DNA from: Blepharisma stoltei ATCC 30299
Taxonomy: Eukaryota > Protista > Ciliophora
Length of the DNA stretch: 64,000 nucleotides
Direction: 5' to 3'
Assembly: GCA_965603825.1 (NCBI GenBank)
Contig: CBFDEM010000005.1
Span: 496,001-560,000, forward strand
A program made the position numbers and the translations under genes. The first letter of the stretch is position 1. Each line of letters opens with the position of its first letter. Of the stretch, positions 61,795 to 64,000 are shown piece after piece. The notes under the pieces were generated by a model, which ran no database searches, was not told the origin of the DNA, and saw only the letters and a list, made by a program, of their open reading frames with translations.

Positions 61795-62424
61795 ATGGGA
61801 CAAAATATTCAAACCTGCGTAGATTGCAGCAAACTCCCAGTAATACTTGATGGTCCAGGAGAAGAAATTTCTACACATGAAGGACAGGCTAATCTATCCC
61901 AAAGTATCCGAGTTGATTTTTCTCAAGAAAATAAAAGCAAGCCATCATCACAAAACCCAGAAATCACATTTTTAGATATTTTAAAAGGGACTAAAATAGG
62001 CCAAATAAGGCAAACCACCACAACAGATACATGTCAAACAGAGAAAAAATCATTTGAATGCAAAAAGAGCAAATATCGCTCTAAGGCCAATAAAGAAAAC
62101 CGATCTTCAATAGATCAAAGCAGAATTGATGCAATAAAAAGGGCGAAATACACAAAAGATGTAACCCCAATTTTAAGAAGTCCAGGATTTATAGAGCTTA
62201 ATCTTACAAATGTCCTAGATATTGAAGAATTGCGAAGTGAGCTGAACTCAAGTATAACAGTTCAGACGTCTTCGAATTTCCAATCAAATCCCCAAAGTCC
62301 AAGCTTTTTTGGAGTTTTAGACTTAGACTCTACAAACTCTTATCTCAAAGGAATTTCCAGCAACATTTCCAAAGAATCAGTCAACCTTGTTGAAAGAATT
62401 CGCAGCAAAACTATCAGTCAATAA
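61795..62424 (+). CDS. Hypothetical low-complexity protein (MG start)
   Basis: 209-aa ATG-to-TAA ORF. Confidence 0.65.
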   Translation: MGQNIQTCVDCSKLPVILDGPGEEISTHEGQANLSQSIRVDFSQENKSKPSSQNPEITFLDILKGTKIGQIRQTTTTDTCQTEKKSFECKKSKYRSKANKENRSSIDQSRIDAIKRAKYTKDVTPILRSPGFIELNLTNVLDIEELRSELNSSITVQTSSNFQSNPQSPSFFGVLDLDSTNSYLKGISSNISKESVNLVERIRSKTISQ

Positions 62425-62464
62425 ATTATTTTGTAATAAATTAGTCAACTATTATACCAAATAT

Positions 62465-63610
62465 TTAAGGCGGCCCCTCTGCGAAATGGTGGTCTTCATC
62501 TTTTTTCTCTTCTTCAGCAGGCTGGTTTTGATTAGCTCCTGGCTTTGCAGCTTCATCGTCCAGATCTTTGGTTCTTTTAAATTTAAGCTTTCTGTACTCG
62601 TGCCTGTTAGGCATCACATAAAGCATCAAAAAATCGACGATTCTTGGTGTAATCGTCGTCAAAGTAACAGCTGAGCTTAAGTTTAGAATAATCGAGTTTA
62701 GTGTCAATGCATAAGCTTTTCCTGTACTTAAAAGCACGAATTTAATGCCTGTACTATTTCAGTGGTCTCGATATTTAACTCCTTCTTCTTCATAGTAGAT
62801 GTAGCGACTATAATAAAACCCAATAGCTTCTCCTCCAGTGACATTATCCACCCTTTCTGCTGTTACATCTGGGTCACAACTGGGACTCCATGTCGCATCA
62901 CACTCCCAATGTAACTTTACCTTAATCACAGCTCCAGTATCCTTAATATCTTCATATTTGGTATCAGCTTTTTCAAGAATGTCACTGACAAGATAAGAAT
63001 TAGACCCACTGTTTGGATATACAATGGGATCTGTTTCATCAAATGTAGAAAATTCATATCCCGGAGCAAGTCTTATAAAATCCACATTTCCTTGAAACCA
63101 AATTAAAAAATTTTCAACCCCATCAAGCTCATAATCTGTATAGTTATATTCAGAACACCATGTCGGCTCATAACAAAAGCCTTCTGAAGTGCAGTTTCCT
63201 GTTTCCATGCAGTCTGAGTTGGAGTCGCATTGTCTATTGTAATCAGTGCAAGTTCCTATTACTTCTCTTATTCTCTCTCTGACCTTCGTGGAAATAACAA
63301 TTTGAGACGGGTCATATTGAGGATAAGCAATGTCAACAGAGTCTCAAACCCTGACTGTGCTGTTTGTAAGGGTTACTGCAGTTCCTGAAGCATAGATGAT
63401 AGCTTGGCCAGTTGAGTATTCGTTGTCTATGTAAGCTGCCATGATGACGATAACGTAGACTATGAAGTAAAGAAGGATTCCAAGGTTGATAAGGATTTTT
63501 ATAAGTCCTAAATATCGATCTTTAATGAGTGCCATGACTGGTGTCTCATAGCAAAATAGCTTATCGAGATCAGCTTGAAAAATATCTCGAAGCTGAAGTT
63601 TGAGAACCAT
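62465..63610 (-). CDS. P2X receptor-family channel (divergent)
   Basis: Three ORFs in one frame joined by TGA. LFCYETP then TM1; V(W)DSVD..YP; Cys-rich head; WC; ENF.I.F...VDF; GAVI.V...W.CD....C.P; YY...G..YR; GIKF....TG.A; TM2 ending IVDFLMLY. Confidence 0.82.
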
Positions 63611-63797
63611 TTTTATAGCTGTTATATAGTAAAATGACTTGCAATTAATTTAAAATAGTAAATCTTGCTTCCTTTAGCCAGATAATCACTCTTTTCACGT
63701 TAAAGAGCTAAGAAATTATTAAATTTACTCGATAGTACGCTTTTTAAAAACTTAAATCGTTATTTAAGTCCAAACCTCAATTAGCAATCAAGGTCAG

Positions 63798-64000
63798 TTA
63801 ATTAGTTACAGTAGTTTGTATGTACTTCGGAATGTAAGCCAGAATTACAGTGATATCGTCAACTACTCCTCTCTCATGCGCGCTCCACCTCTCCCAAGCG
63901 AGTTGGGCAAGCTTTTCAGGAGCAGTTTTAATATTCCTTGAATTGGCATCAATAATGTCTATTGCTTCTTGGTTTCCCACAAACTCTCAAACTCCATCAC
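63798..64000 (-). CDS. PP2C phosphatase, C-terminal part (runs off the window)
   Basis: DGV(W)EFV.NQEA...A..L...A...W......DDITVI. Confidence 0.88.

Noticed and set aside
317-64000. Widespread pseudogenisation suggested by the fragmented ORF track
   Set aside because: The breaks are in-frame TGA (Trp) codons or 15-nt introns, and the genes rejoin in frame.
317-64000. Prokaryotic or mycoplasma origin (code 4, dense genes, histidine kinase)
   Set aside because: Spliceosomal introns and eukaryote-specific genes (exportin, WDR90, CAF-1, CDPK, TBC) are present.
1-64000. Telomeric repeats, rRNA, tRNA or selenoprotein (Sec-TGA) genes
   Set aside because: None recognised by eye; the TGA codons that could be aligned fall at Trp or aromatic positions, not at catalytic Cys.

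Overview
AT-rich, gene-dense eukaryotic DNA, most likely the somatic (macronuclear) genome of a heterotrich ciliate such as Blepharisma (inferred). Two sequence features support this. First, in-frame TGA reads as Trp while TAA/TAG are stops: TGA and TGG swap at aligned positions between two tandem paralogs. Second, all ten introns found are 15 nt, GTA...AG, with an invariant A at position 10. The supplied ORF track is therefore fragmented; re-joined, the window holds about 40 genes. They include a hybrid histidine kinase, exportin-T, a SAXO-like protein, V-ATPase B, a degenerate piggyBac/PiggyMac-like transposase, TSR2, a TBC1D20-like GAP, WDR90, five tandem C2-domain genes, two tandem P4-ATPase/guanylyl cyclase fusions, and a CDPK with a divergent CDPK pseudokinase. 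Further along are a C2H2 zinc finger, an SSADH-type ALDH, a candidate ATG13, NME7, two PP2Cs, an ArfGAP, an RluA-family pseudouridine synthase, two head-to-head coiled-coil paralogs, TMEM135, CAF-1 p60, a LYR-like protein, an IQ-MORN protein and a P2X-family channel. The most notable observations are co-oriented genes separated by only 0-18 nt (PP2C stop abutting NME7 start as TAAATG), a P2X-like channel lacking the ATP-binding residues, the TTAA-bounded piggyBac relic missing its first catalytic Asp, and a roughly 22-kb Ca2+/cGMP signalling cluster rich in catalytically degenerate members. All family assignments come from motifs recognised by eye; no database searches were run.
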